Source: the human T2T-CHM13v2.0 reference genome, Homo sapiens. Taken from it: 64,000 nt of DNA. The translations under genes and the position numbers were made by a program. The notes beneath the pieces are model-generated. The model was not told the DNA's origin. It made no database searches and saw only the letters and a program-made list of their open reading frames with translations. This document shows positions 43,027 to 62,869 of this stretch, in pieces. Numbering within the stretch: position 1 is the stretch's first letter; every line of letters starts with the position of its first letter. Where the stretch lies: NCBI RefSeq assembly GCF_009914755.1, contig NC_060936.1; one strand, given 5' to 3'.

Positions 43027-46000
43027 ATTACTATTACTTTTTATTACTATTACTATTATTTTACTTTAAGTTCTGGGATATATGTGGAAAATGTGCAGGT
43101 TTGTTACATAGGTATACATGAGCCATGGTGGTTTGCTGCACCTATCAACACATTATCTAGGTCTTAAGCCCCGCATGCATTAGATATTTGTCCTAATGCT
43201 CTCCCTCCACTTGCTCCCCAACCCCTGAGAAGCCCCAGTGTGTGTTGTCCCCTTCCCTGTGTCCATGTGTTCTCATTGTTCAACTCCAACTTATGAGTGA
43301 GAACATATGGTGTTTGGTTTTCTGATCCTGTGTTAGTTTGCTGAGAATCATGGCTTCCAGCTTCATCCATGTCCCTGCAAAGTACATGATCTCATCCTTT
43401 TTAATGGCTGCATAGTATTCTATGGTGTATATGTGCCACATTTTCTTTATCCAGTCTATCATTGATGGGCATTTGGGTTGGTTCCAAGTCTTTGCTATTG
43501 TAAATAGTGCTGCAGTAAACAAACATGTGCATGTGTCTTTATCGTAGAATGATTTATAATCCTTTGGGTATATGCCCAGTAATGGGCTTGCTGGGTCAAA
43601 TGGTATTTCTGGTTCTAGATTCTTGAGGAATAGCCACACTGTCATCCACAATGGTTGAACTAATTTACACTCACACCAACAGTGTAAAAGCATTCCTATT
43701 TCTCCACAGCCTTTCCAACATCTGTTGTTTCCTGACTTTTTAATAATCGCCATCCTAACTGGCATGAGATGGTATCTCATTGTGGTTTTGATTTGCATTT
43801 CTCTAATGATCAGTGATGATGAGCTTTGTTTCATATGTTTGTCGGCCACATAAAAGTCTTTTGTTTTTGAGAAGTGTCTGTTCATATCCTTCGCCCACTT
43901 TTTGATGGAGTTGTTTGTTTTTTTCATGAAAATTTGTTTAAGTTCCTTGTAGATTCAGGATATTACACTTTTGTCAGATGGATAGATTGCAAAAATTAAC
44001 TCCCATTTTGTAGGCTTCCTGCTCACTCTGATAATAGTTTTTGTTTGTTTTCCTATGCAGAAGCTCTTTAGTTTAATTACATCCCATTTGTCAATTTTGG
44101 CTTTGGTTGCAATTGCTGTTGGTGTTTTTGTCCCAAAGTATTTGTCCATGCCTATGTTCTGAATAGTACTGCCTAGGTTTTCTTCTAGGGTTTTTATGGT
44201 TTGGGGTTTTACATTTACATCTTTAATCTGTCTTGAGTTAATTTTTGTATAACGTCTAAGGAAGCGGTCCAGTTCCAGTTTTCTGCATATAGCTAGCCAG
44301 TTTTCCCGACACCATTTATTAAATAGGGAATCCTTTCCCCATTGCTTGTGTGTGTCAGGTTTGTCTAAGATCAGATGGTTGTAGATGTGTGGTGTTATTT
44401 CTGAGGTCTCTGTTCTGTTCCATTGGTCTATATATCTTTTTTGGTACCAGTACCATGCTGTTTTGGTTACTGTAGCCTTGTAGTATAGTTTGAAGTCAGG
44501 TAGCAAGATGCCTCTAGCTTTGTTATTTTTGCTTAGCATTGCCTTGGCTATATGGGCTCTTTTTTGGTTCCATATGAAATTTAAAATAGTTTCTTCTAAT
44601 TCTGCAATAAAGTCAATGATAGCTTGATGAGAATAGCATTGAATCTACAAATTACTTTGGGCAGTATGGCCATTTTCATGATATTGACTCTTTCTATCCA
44701 TGAGCATGGAATGTTTTTCTATTTGTTTGTGTACTCTCTTATTTCCTTGAGCAATGATTTGTAGTTCTCCTTGAAGAGGTCCTGCACATCCGTTGTAAGT
44801 TGTATTCCCAGGTATTTTATTCTCCTTGTAGCAATTGTGAATGGGAGTTCATTCATGATTTTGCTCTCTGCTTGTCTATTGCTGGTGTATAGAAATGTTT
44901 GTGATTTTGGCACATTGATTTTGTATCCTGAGACTTTGCTGAAGTTGCTTATCAGCTTAAGGAGTTTTGGGGCTGAGATGATGGAATTTTCTAAATATAC
45001 AAACATGTCACCTGCAAAGAGAGACAACTGACTTCCTCTCTTCTTGTTTGAATACACTCTATTTCTTTCTCTTGCCTGATTGCCCTGGCCAGAACTTCCA
45101 ATACTATGTTGAATAGGAGTGGTGAGAGAGGGCATCCTTATCTTGTGATGGTTTTCAAAGGGAATGCTTCTAGCTTTTGCCCATTCAGTATGATATTGTC
45201 TATGGGTTTGTCATAAATAGCTCTTATTATTTTGAGATATGTTCCATCAGTGCCTAGTTTCTTGAGAGTTTTTAACATGAAAGGATGTTGAATTTTATCA
45301 AAGGCCTTTTCTGTATCTATTGAGATAATCATGTGGTTTTCATCATTGGTTCTGATTATGTGATGGATTATGTTTACTGATTTGTGTATGTTGAACCAGC
45401 CTTGCATCCCAGGGATGAAGCTGACTTGATTGTGGGGGATAAGCTTTTTAATGTGCTGCTGGATTTAGTTTGCCAGTATTTTATTCAGGATTTTTGCATT
45501 GATGTTCATCAGGGATATTGGGCTGAAGTTTTCTTTTTTTGTTGTTGTGTCTCTGCCAGGCTTTGGTATCAGGATGCTGCTGGCCTCATAAAATGAGTTA
45601 GGGAGGAGTCCATCTTTTTTTATTGTTTGGAATAGTTTCAGAAGGAATGGTACCAGCTCCTCTTCATAACTCTGGTAGAATTTGGCTGTGAATCCATTTG
45701 GTCCTGGGCTTTTTTGGTTAGTTGACTATTAATGCCTGAATGTTCTTGGCATATTCAGGGATTCAACTTCTCCCTGGTTTAGACTTGAGAGGGTGTATGT
45801 TCCCAGGAATTTATTCATTTCTTCTAGATTTTCTAGTTTATTTGTGTAGAGGTGTTTATAATATTCTCTGATGGTAGTTTGTGTTTCTGTGTGATCAGTG
45901 GTGATTTCCCCTTCATCATTTTTATTGTGTGCATTTGCTTCTTCTCTCTTTTCTTCTTCATTAGTCTAGCTAGTGGTCTATCTATTTTGTTAATTTTTGC

Positions 46001-47916
46001 AAAAAAACAGCTCTTGGGTTCATTGATTTTTTGAAGGGTTTCTCGTGTCTCCATCTCCTTCAGTTCTGCTCTGATCTTAGTTATTTCATGTCTTCTGCTA
46101 GCTTTTGAATTGTTTTTGCTCTTGCTTCTCATTCTTTTAATTGTGTTGTTAAGGTGTCGATTTTAGATGTTTACAGCTTTCTGATGTAGGCATTTAGTGC
46201 TATAAATTTCCCTCTAAACACTGCTTTGGCTGTGTACCAGAGATTCTGGTATGTTGTTTCTGTTCTCATTGGTTTTAAAGAACTTTGTGATTTCTGCCTT
46301 AATTTTGTTATTTACCCAGTAGTCATTCAGGAGCAGATTGTTCAGTTTCCATGTAGTTGTGTGGTTTTGAGTGAGTTTCTTAATCCTGAGTTCTAATTTG
46401 ATTGTGCTGTGGTCTCAGAGACTGTTTGTTATGATTTCCATTATTCTGCATTTGCTGAGGAGTGTTTTACTTCCGATTATGTGGTCAATTTTAGAATAAG
46501 TGCCATGTGGCACTGAAAAGAATGTATATTCTGTTGATTTGTGGTTGAGAGTTCCGTAGATGTCTACTAGATCCACTTGATCTAGAACTGAGTTTGAGTT
46601 CTGAATATCCTTGTTAATTTTTTGTCTCATTGATCTGTCTAATATTGACAGTGTGTGTTAATGTCTCTCACTATTATTATGTGGGAGTCTAAGTCTCTTT
46701 GTAGGTCTCTAAGGACTTGCTGTATAATATATACTCCTGTACTGGGTGTATATATATATTTAGGATAGTTAGGTCTTCCTGTTGCATTGATCCTTTTACC
46801 TTTATGTAATGTCTTTCTTTGTCTTTTTTGATCTTTGTTGGTTTAAAGTCTGTTTTATCAGAGACTAGGATTGCAACCCCCGCTTTTTTTTGCTTTCTAT
46901 TTGCTTGGTAAATATTTCTCCATCCTTTTATTCTGAGCCTATGTGTGTCTTTGCACATGAGATGCGTCTCCTGAATACAGCACACCAATGAGTCTTGACT
47001 CTTTATCCAATTTGCCAGTCTGTGTCTTTTAATTGGGGCATTTAGCCCATTTATGTTTAAGGTTAATATTTTTATGTGTGAATTTGATTCGGTCATCATG
47101 ATGCTAGCTGGTTATTTTGCACATTAATCGATGCATTTTCTTCATAGTGTCATTGGTCTTTATATTTTGGTGTGCTTTTGTAGTGGCTGGTACCAGTTTT
47201 TCCTTTTCATATTTAGTGCTTCCTTTAGGAGCTCTTGTAAGGCAGGCCTGGTGGTGACAAAATCCTTCAGCATTTGCTTGTCTGGAGAGGATTTTGTTTC
47301 TCCTTCTCTTATGAAGCTTAGTTTGGCTGGATATGAAATTCTGGGTTGAAAATTCTTTTCTTTAAGAATGTTAAATATCGGCCCCTCTTTCTTATTGCTT
47401 GTAGGGTTTCTGCAGAGGGATCCACTGTTACTCTGATGGGCTTCCCTTTGTAGATGACCCAACCTTTCTCTTTGGCTGCCCTTAATATTATTTCCTTCAT
47501 TTCAACCTTGGTGAATCTGACGATTATGTGTCTTTGGGTTGATCTTCTTGTGGAGTATCTTATCTTAGTGGTGTTCTCTGTATTTTCTGAATTTGAATGT
47601 TGGCCTGTCTTGCTAAGTTGGGGAAGTTCTCCTGGATAATATCCAGAAGTGTGTTTTCCAACTTGGTTCCATTCTCCTCATCACTTTCAGGTACACTAAT
47701 CAAATGTAGTTTGGTCTTTTCACATAGTCCCATATTTCTCAGAGGCTTTGGTTGTTCCTTTTCATTCTGTTTTCTCTAATCTTGTCTGCATGCTCTGTTT
47801 CAGCAAGGTGGTCTTCAATCTCCGATATTCTTTCTTCTGCTTCATCAATTTGGCCATTTATACTTGTGTACGCTTCATGAAGTTCTCATGCCGTGTTTTT
47901 CAGCTCCGTCGGATCA
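43027..47916 (-). mobile_element. 5'-truncated LINE-1 (ends in ORF1), L1PA8-like
   Basis: ORF2 fragments (MMTESNSHIKILTLNINGLN, C-terminal [13 protein letters not shown]) and ORF1 C-half on minus; 3'UTR 'taagccccgcatgcattag'. Confidence 0.95.
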
Positions 47917-48199
47917 TAACACACCATATTAACTCTGCCCAATAGATGAGGTTACTTGTCATATACATGAGGTCATCTGGGGCTTAATAACAAAGGATTT
48001 TGCAATAACTTTTGAAAGTACAAAAGCTTTGAGATGGAGTTTCTTTCCAGGAGCATGAAGAAGAGATCATTTTTTTGCTTGAGTTCCAAAGCACTTTCCT
48101 GGAGATTAAACTATTAAATATAAAGCAAGAATCCCTTTAGGGGTGAATGTGGGAATGTGACCCAGAAAAGTAACTTTAAGAATATGTAATTGGTCATGA

Positions 48200-51100
48200 T
48201 GAAGAGCTTGTATCCAACTTAGTTTCCTGCCATACACAAAGAAAAAACTGCAAAAATGTGTGAAACTATTCTATTATTTTCTGGTCATTAGTAGATCATA
48301 CAGATCTACTCATAATAACCATTCTCTCACAATGATTCTCTCATGATCATTGAGAGAATGGAAGTAAACAATGTGAGCTCTATACTTACTCCAACTTTCT
48401 TTCTGGGAGAACTTTCCATATCATGATGCATAGAACTGAAGCCCAAAGAGAAAGTAGCACTCTCACAGGTCAAAGGAGACAGAAGAAAGTTTGAGGTTGC
48501 TGGAATAGTTAGAATTTTCAGGGCAGGCCACTAAAGAGAAAGGAGCCACAGAGAAGGGGTTCCACCAATGTAAAAAGCCATATTACATATGGGGGAAGAT
48601 AAGTACGATAGCTGAGTTACCTCAAATACAGTGGAGGACAGAAGACAATAGAAAGAGAAGAAACTGCCAGCCCAAAATTATACATCCAGCAATACATGTT
48701 TCAAAAAAGGGGACTGAAATAAAAATATTTCAGAAAAACGAAAGTAGGAAAATTTGTTGCAGCATTTTTGAGCCCCAGGAAATTGTAAAGAATGGTCTTT
48801 AGGCTAAAGGTAAAGGATATTAGATGAAAACTCTACAGGAAGAAAGAAGAGCTTGGAAATAGAAAATAAGTCAGTATTATAAAAAGTTACTGTTATTACC
48901 TAGTATTTTCTTGAAAGATACTTATTCTTTAAAGTAAAAAATAATAATGATATAGTTTTGGAGTTATTTAGTGTATCAAAATAAAAGATAGGCAATGCTA
49001 TCACAATGAATGATAGGGAGGGTAATGCAATTATACTATTGTAAGTTATCAAATTTGTGAAGTGAGAAGTGGAAATGTGAGAAGTATGAAATAGGAACTG
49101 AGAAGATTCAGATGATTAAGAGTAAGTAGGAAGTAGATCAGGTATGAAATGTGAAGTGGTAAAATATTGACTCTGAATAGACTTTGTTAAGGTAAAAATG
49201 AACACCGCTAGCCTTGTAAATGGAATACTATAATCAACAAATAAATTCAATTGGCCCAAAAAAATTCAGGAGAGGAGCAGGAGAGAAGCAAAATACTTAA
49301 GGGACATGAGAAAAAAACAAATGGGTGCTAGGATTAAATCCTACTATATCCATAAATACATTAAATATAAATAAACCAACCAAACTCTCCCATTTAAAGC
49401 AGAGACTGTCACTACACACTGTCTCAAAGAGGTGCACTTTAAATTCAAAGAAGCAAATAGATTAAAAGTAAGAGGATAGAAAAAGATATACCAAACAAAT
49501 TGTAAGCATAAGAAATCTGGTGTTATAATATTAATTTCAAACAAAGTAGATTTCAGAGATAGAGACAATTCATGATGACAATAAAGGCATTTCTTCAGAA
49601 AGACGTAACAACCTTAAATGTACATTCACTAATAACAGAGCTTTAAAAATGACGAAGCAAAAACCTAACACAACTTAAAAAGGAAAAAGACAAGTTCACA
49701 AATTAGTTTGACTTTTTTAGCAGTCTTTCCTCTTCCCCACATAACTGATGAAAGAAATAGACCAAAAATAATTCAAGATACAGACAGTCTGAACAACAGT
49801 AAAAATCAGTTTGATCTTACTGACATTTATAAAACACTACATCAAAAAAAACTGCAAAATAACCTTTTTTTTTGAAGCATCCTTTGGATGTTCACTAAGA
49901 TAAGCCTATACTGGACCATAAAATAAGTCTCAGTACATTTTTAGGGATTGAAATCTTAAGTGTATGCTCTCACTCCATCTATATAATTTATGGATTTAAA
50001 TTATAAATACAAAACAGTAAGATATCTAGAAAATCCTTCAAATATTTAGAAATTTAAAAACACATTTCTAATTAATGTATTATGATTTTAAAATAATAAT
50101 TTAATAGAATAGAATAGAGACTCCAGAAATAGACCCACATACATATGGCAAATTGATTGTGTAAAGTCAACAGCTTAATTCAATGGAAAAAGGATAATCT
50201 TTAAACAAGTAGTGCTGAAACAACCGGATATCAATATGGGACAAAAGAAGCTATGCTATTTTCCTCACACCAAATATAAAAATTAATTAGAATTATAGGC
50301 TTAAATATAAAAACTGAGACTATTAAACTTCTAGAAGAATATATAAAAGAAAGTCTCCATTACCTTGTACAGCAAGGAATTTTTAGCCAGGACACTAAAA
50401 GTATTACCTGTGAAAAAAAAATTGATAGATTCAACTTTAATTAAAAATTCTACTATTCAAAAGATATTGATAAAAATCAAATAACATCAATAAAAAATTA
50501 AAACTCAAGATGCATACTGAAGAAAATGATATATATTTTTATCCAGAATATATAAAGAACATTTACAAGTTAATAACAAAATAAAACAATGAAAATAAAC
50601 AAATGTTTTGGACAGATTCTTCTTCAAAACAAACAAACAAACAAACAAACAAGGATTAGTGAATGACCAACAATTACATGAGCAGAGGCACAACATCATT
50701 GGTCATCAGAGAAATACAAGTTAAAACCACACGAGATACTACATACATACTAGAATGCCCAAAATTTAAAAAGTTCAATTGCATGTATTGGTAAGGATAC
50801 AGAGCATCTGGAACTCCCAAAATTACTGGTGAGAGTGCAAAATGGAGCAAGCTTTTTGGAGATATATTTGGTAGTATCTCATAAATTTAAATATATGCTT
50901 ACTGTATGATCCAGCAATTCAACTCCTAGGCATTTACAGAAGTAAAATGAAAATATATTTCTACAAAAAGACTCAAGTAAAATACTCATAGCAACTGTAA
51001 CAGTCAAAAACTGGAAACAACCCGAATGTTAATCAAAGGAGAATGAATGACTTTGGCTTATTTACATATAGTATATATATACAGTGAAATAACACATAAC

Positions 51101-51780
51101 AAAAAAGAATAAACTTCTGAACACATAGCAACATGAGCCAATCTTAAGAATATTATGTTGGCCAAAAGAAGGTAAACATAAAGGAATACTAATTGATTCT
51201 TATTTAGATGAAGCTCAAAAATATGCAAAACTAATATAGGATGATAAAAATCTAAGTACTGATTGCCTCTGAAGAAATGTTGGCTGATTTAAGGGGAGCC
51301 CAGGGGAATTTTCTAGATTTTTTAAAAAGTCTTCAACTTTTATTTTAAGTTCAGTAGTACCTCTGCAGGATGTGCAGGTTTGTTACACAGGTAAACATGT
51401 GTCATGGTGGTTTGCCGCACAGATCGTCCCATCACTAGGTATTAAGCCCAGCATCCATTAGCTATTCTTCCTGATGCTCTCCCTCCTTCCTTCACCGCCC
51501 CCTCCACACACAGGTCCCAGTGTGTGTTGTTCCCCCAATGTGTCCATGTGTTCTCATCATTCAGCTCCCACTTATAAGTGAGAGCATGTGGTGTTTGGTT
51601 TTCTGTTGCTGTGTTAGTTTGCTGAAGATAATGGTTTCCAGCTCCATCCCTGTCCCTGTAAAGGACAAAATTTTGCTCTTTTTTATGGCTGCTAGTGGGA
51701 ATTTTCTAGATTAATGGAAATTTTCTAAATTTGGATATAGGCAATTGTTACAGAAGCATGAAATTTGCCAAACTGTGTTT
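48200..51780 (+). mobile_element. old L1M (L1MC/MD-type) fragments covering 5' region, ORF2 pieces and 3' end
   Basis: Degenerate 'gacaaagtagatttcaga', 'ccagaaatagacccacatacatatggcaaattga', 'ggtcatcagagaaatacaagttaaaaccac', 'gatccagcaattcaactcctagg'. Confidence 0.8.
51320..51696 (-). mobile_element. L1PA10/11-like 3' fragment inserted in L1M
   Basis: 'attaagcccagcatccattagctattcttcctgatgctctccc'; perfect 16-bp TSD gggaattttctagatt (51304-51319 / 51697-51712). Confidence 0.92.
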
Positions 51781-54450
51781 GCAAAGTGGCCAGAGGACTT
51801 TTTCTTACCTTGGAGTGAGTGAATACGCTGTGATATGCTATGAGGCTAGCCCTGGTCTCATATGTCACTCTTAGCATGGAAAAATTATCCCCATCAAATA
51901 CATTTTAAGAAATGATGGAAGACAAAAATAAAATTTATTTACTTCTCAAGATTCCACTTGTTCAGTGTCAATTTTTTACCTTAAATATTAATATTTTACT
52001 AATATTAATTTATCAATATTAATAGATTAATAATGTAGGTTCCGTTGAATTTGGTGCACCTCTGACAATTCTGACCTTGTGGTAACTTATTTCTCCCTAT
52101 GCTTGCCTCTGAGTCAACTATCACGAGCCTTTGTTTCTCTAGCAGGTCTTAAAGTCCTTTGGCCTTTTGTTATAAATCACAAATTTAAATTATTTTGTTA
52201 TCAAAAACACAAATGCAATTTTGGAGACAAATCTTATGGGAATGTTCAATTATAAAGTAGTCTTCCAAAACATTCAGAATGTGTATTTATAAGTATTTGA
52301 ATGTGTGTATTAGATTAGCCTATGGTCCTCATGTCTCCAGTTTGAAAAACACTGCTAATTAGAGAGACATCTGTGTATTAGGAAGAAGAAAACATTATAA
52401 TCTAGAGTCAATTCTAACTACTCACCTAACTGCTCTTTGCCTCAGTTTTTCTATCTGTACAATGGGTGAAATGATATTCATCCTACCTTATCCAGATAAG
52501 ATTTTCAAAAAGAGAGGTGCCTTGAAATGAAATGACATATGAAAGTTCAAAGAAATGTTTTGTGAATTTAAATATAAATAATGTAATAATGCAGGCCATA
52601 TTAACTAGTATCTGAGATTTTATCAAGAATCAGATTCTAGTTTTTCATGTTTTATCACACGAAGCAAGACCCTTATTGAAGTTGATCTAAAAATAAAGTC
52701 ATTTGAAGAGAATGAAAATTTTGCCTAGATCATCATCATCTTGTTTCAAAGGCGCCTTGAATAGGCAGCAAATGTAACTTATTGATGGGGATACTCTATT
52801 CGTCTACTAAAGTTTTCATCAATGAGCACTTTTTATTTCCTTTAATTGCTTAAAAATTGCTTAGGTGCTTCATTTCCAACTGGAATTTTGGGAAAATTTT
52901 TTTAGTAGAATATGTTTTTCTGCATTTAAAATAAAAAGTCTCAGATCTAGTTATAATTTTATATAAGGGCAAAGAGATGATCTTTGCAATTGCTTCAAGT
53001 CCTATTGCCCTTTGATTCTCTTTGTCCAGCCTGTTTAGTCTCATAATATTTGGTCAGTTCCAAAATTTTAAGTTATGAAGATGTAAGGTTTTTACATTGG
53101 CTTATCTTGTCCTGTCCACAGTACGCCTTGCAAAAAATTCACCCCAAAGTATATTTCATTTCCCAAACTTCCAAAAGGGAAAGGTAGATATAAAATACAT
53201 TCTCAAACAAAGGGAAAATTATCCTATCTACTTTTGATTAATGTGTTAAAATACATTTTAAACAAAGAAGAAATCAGATTTTTATTGCAGTATAACAGGA
53301 AAAAGTTATCATTTTGTTCATAACTTTTTCCTCCTGTTGAACATAGTGATATTTTAAAATATATAATGAGTAGTAGAATATGAATTAAATAAATTTGTGC
53401 TGCATAAAAAAGATAAAAACATAGTTTCTTCCAACAACCTAGAGGAACTTTCTGTGGAAATATGATTGTAATGGAAAAAAGAATGCCCAATTGTTTTATG
53501 TATTAATAAAGAATTCCATTGGGCTTCTGTGAATGAATTTGTGATTAGGTGAAATAATACAGAAGAAAAATTTGAAAGATTAATACAAATTATGAAAAGT
53601 TGTTTTTAAAAATTATTCCTTCCTTCTTTTACCCCACCTTAATTGAAGAAAACTTTTCTTTCTTCAAGCTCTCTTGTACTAGGTCATATAGCTGTAAATT
53701 CCTAAGTTATTAATTTGATAAGAATAAGCATTCTTTCCCTGAATCTCCTTTTTGAACTCTCTCACTTAATATATTAGGGTTTTAGCTCTGCTTTTATAAA
53801 ATATCATAAAAAAGGTTCTTTAATTTTTTTATTAACTCTGATAACATGTACCAAAAAAGATGGGAACATAGGATTTAATCACTCCTTGCCCATAAACTAG
53901 CTGGGTGGCCTCAGACCTCAGTCTCCTCATCTCCAAGTATAAATATTAATACCTTATCATCATAACACCAGACAGCTGTACAAAATCACCCCCAACTTCC
54001 AACTTCTAACTCTAAATTATTTTCACCTCTAGTTTCTGTATTTTCTGTGATCCTGTTGAACTTTAAGCTATTATCTGACTACAATAAGTTGGATGTGCTA
54101 TCAAAAGTTTGCAGGGCACATTTACTAAGCTTTTTGTGGGTTGGGAGTGGGGATAATTCATTTCTAGTGTAAAGCCTCCCAGAATCTCCTTTTGGTTAGA
54201 TCTTTATATGCATGTTTACTTCAGCTGATTCTATGCTTTGGCTCTGTAGGAATTAAGCTTTCCTTGAAGGAGTGTTCTATAAAAGGCCATTGTTTTGTAT
54301 CATTAAATATGAGAATACGACACATGCAATATGGTAGCTGTAATTAGTGTTTATGGTTCCAAATTAAGAGAAACAGAATATCTTCCTGAACTAATATGAA
54401 ATTTTTATTAATGCTTATGGTGGGAGATAAACCAAAGAAATACAGGCACC

Positions 54451-59476
<5,026 letters not shown>

Positions 59477-59968
59477 AAAGAAATACAGGCACCAAATAAG
59501 AGGTGGCTGTTAATCAATTAATTCACCACAAAATGCAGTAGATTGAAACAGTTTATTCCTGTACCTCTTGATCTTTATGTGTATAGATTGTAGGAATTCA
59601 CCAAGAAATTATATAAAATTTGAAAAATATTTTAGATGCACTCTGAACCACAATATTATTTTTCCTTGAAGAGGTCTCTTATCATAGAACTCATAGATGA
59701 GTCAGAAATAGAATACATCAAATAGGTCACTGTGTATTTTCTTGTTGAGCTCACAATGCCACAAAACACCCTGCTGTGCTTTTCATTCAGTCAAAAGACC
59801 ATTATGTCAATTCCATTCATTTATTCATTTGCTGCATTGTTTCTAAGACTTTCATTTTGTGTAGCTACCTGAAATGTCTCTAAGCTGCTATGATTTTTTT
59901 AGTGGCCCATACTTCAGGAAACTGCTATGATTTTATCAGAGCTCTTTAGACCTATGGTGATGAGTTCA

Positions 59969-60012
59969 TTCTCTTTCTCTTTCTCTCTCTCTCTCTCTCC
60001 CTCCCTCCCTCC
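59969..60012. repeat. (CT)n / pyrimidine microsatellite
   Basis: ctctttctctttctctctctctctctctccctccc read directly. Confidence 0.85.
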
Positions 60013-61585
60013 CACTTTTATCACTCATGCCATCCAAAATACTACTAGCCATTAGCATTACTTTATGTCTCCTTCCTTTCTGCTACTTTGTTTTTATTTC
60101 CCAATTTCTATTCTATTCTATCTCAGAAACCTCCAACACAAACTTTTAAAGAGTACATATTTTCTGTTTTCACCTACAGTGCCTATATTGATTCCTCTTG
60201 CTGTTCTACTCCTTACCCAAGATAGCAAAAGCATTTTCAGAACCAAGAATTCTGTCTAAGGCAATCACTGTATTGCTTCCAGGGTACTCAGGCTTTAATT
60301 TAAAGAAGCTTCTGGTCTGAAACAGATAGGAAGGAAGATTAGTGTTATTTTTTTCCAGTTCTGGGTCTAGCTCTATCTCTTCCAGCATTTGTGACCCTAG
60401 AGGAATGCTAAAAGAAACCTGCTGGAGTTTCCTTGCCTAGCAGAAACCCCAGTAAGGGTCCAGATGTTCATGCTTCTCTGACTCCCCAGAGGCCCTCCTC
60501 TGGGAGATCGCCATGTCTGTCTCCCCCAGAACTTCACAGTTAAAGCTTCCCAAACTCCTTTCATTTCATTCCTCATAAAATTTGCCCTTCTTGGATCCCT
60601 GTTCCTCAGATTCATGATTATGTCTAGATTAAAGCTGATAAACATGCTTATACCTAAGACTTTAGTAACTAATAATAACTTAATTTTGCATCTTTTGCAG
60701 TTTAATATGACTTATCCTACCTTAGCCCTAAAGAGTGATCATTAATGGTGGAAATTTCAGGTGATAGATTATGCAGAAAAATTTGGGGTCAGCAGAGGCA
60801 TTTAGGCACCCTAAAAGAAGAGCCACTTAATCCCCAGTGTGGCTGGAGGTGATCATAATGACACATTTCCCACACAAATGAGTTCTAACTGGAATAGGAC
60901 ATAGTAATCACAGGGTTGCTGCAGGCAAACTGAGAAAAGGAACTGTTGTTGCCTATAACTGTAAGACATAAACTCCAAAAAGTGGTTTCTTCTACCCTGA
61001 GAGATTCCAGCAGGGATGTAAAATGCTGAAGTGCTTTGTTTAGGGAAACAGAAAAAAAAAATTCTCTTTCTCAATGCTCCAGAGATGAACACCGAGAACT
61101 TGCTGTTCAGAGAGACGAGAAGAAGGAGTCAACAGTTTCTGAAGAGGCTGTTAGACTTAGGCCATGCTGCACCACAGCCCCTCTCCTGGGAGGTGTGGTC
61201 TCAGCACCCTGGCTTCTAGGGGTGCCCTAATGAGGTAGAGAGGATCTCTTTCCAAAAATGCATCAGGGAAGACTGCAAGCAGCATCTAGATTACATATTT
61301 CCTTTGGAATTTCTTCATGCTCTCCTGGGGTTTGCAATTTTCGGTGTGAAGATTAGTTATTTAACTTAGTATCATGGGGCATCTCATTACCCAAACTTCC
61401 TAGTTTCCATGAATTGTCACTTATTCCAAAGACTTAATTGGCTGCCCATGGTTATCTTGTCTAAAATGTTTGCCTTCTGCCCTCTGGAACCCCCACTGCT
61501 TTGTAAGCAGACTCTCCTGTATACTCAATCTCTCCACAGATTGAGGTCATGTGAAATACTATACAAGAAAAATCTGAAGGATAAA

Positions 61586-61987
61586 TGTTTTAGTGAGGGT
61601 CCTCCCAGAGAAACTGAACCAATAGCATGTTCATGTATATACATATTATACTGAATGGGTTCACACAATTATGGAGGCTGGTGAGTCCAAAATCTGCAGT
61701 GTGGGCCAGCAGGCTGGTAACCGAGGAGAGCCAATGGTTCAGTTCCCATCTAAAGGCTAGCAGGTAGAAACTGAGTAGAGCTGATGGTGCAGATGACGTG
61801 CAAAGGCAGTCTGCTGGAGAATTCACTTTTGCTCAGGGGGGCTGTATTTTCTGTTCTCTTCAAGCTTTTAACTGATTAGATGAGGCCCACCCACATTATG
61901 GAGGGCTTCTTACTCAAAGCTCACCAATTTAAATGTCAATCCCATGCAAAACCACCTCAAAGTTAACACATAAAATTAACCTTCACA
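61586..61987 (-). mobile_element. MLT2 (C/D-type) ERVL 3' LTR
   Basis: 'tgttttagtgagggtcctcccagagaaactgaaccaatag...actgattagatgaggcccacccacattatggaggg...taaaattaaccttcaca'; polypurine tract (rc aaggggtagact) abuts at 61988. Confidence 0.9.
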
Positions 61988-62630
61988 AGTCTACCCCTTG
62001 CACCTTGGCACCCATATTCATCTCCTTAAACCATACTTAGTCTTCAAATAAGACAGTAAGATGGTCATACTTCCATCTAACACAATACAACTGTCCTGCA
62101 TACACTCAAGAATGCACTAACCCTTTCCCCAGAAGAGGATGCAGAGTCGTTGGATGATGTTTACATATTTCAGCCCTTGACTCATGAATCCTGGTCATGG
62201 GAGAAATAGTACCATATATTGGACACTGATTCAGAGTATATATATGGCCTCCTGAAGAACCTTGTTCCAGCCCTACAAGGCATTGCTACCTAGCTGGCAC
62301 TGTAACTTAGTCTTCAAAAGACGACTCCACTGTTCTATTTAGCCAAGGGCTTCAAGATGGTGAGGAACATGGTAAGACTAGTGAATTCCATGAGCATGAT
62401 ACCATTACCACACTTCATTTGCTGTGAAGTGAGCTTCTTGATCAGAAGCAAAGCTGTGTAGAATACCATGATAGTAGATTAGGCATTCTGTACAACCATG
62501 GATGGTAGTTCTGGCAGAAGCATTGTATGCAGGGAAGGCAAATATATATTCAGAGTAAATGTCTGTTCTGGTAAGAACAAAATGCTGCCCTTTCCATGAT
62601 AGAAGCAGTCCAATGTCATCAACTGAATTT
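61988..62630 (-). mobile_element. ERVL internal remnant with an integrase core fragment
   Basis: ORF 62405..62686(-) DDIGLLLSWKGQHFVLTRTDIYSEYIFAFPAYNASARTTIHGCTECLIYYHGILHSFASDQEAHFTANEVW matches the HERV-L rve integrase (DYIGPLP...DTYSGY...SDQGTHFT). Confidence 0.88.
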
Positions 62631-62869
62631 ATTAATTTTCCTTCATCTACATTCCCCAAAACATAGAAGCCCCTTTCTCTTGTCAAGTCCTAAAAGTAAA
62701 AACATCCAGTGGGAAAGGACACTTAGCCAAAGTGTGTGCAACAGATGGACACTAGAATAGAGCAAGAATGAAGTAAGCAAGAATGGAGCAAAATGTCTTA
62801 AAAATATCTGCAGATGGAGCTGGAGTAACTTTTTGTCAAATCTACTTAACAATCAATTCTCCTCATTCC

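Noticed and set aside
51980-52035. AT-rich palindromic stretch (aatattaatatt)
   Set aside because: Low-complexity AT sequence in which short palindromes are expected by chance.
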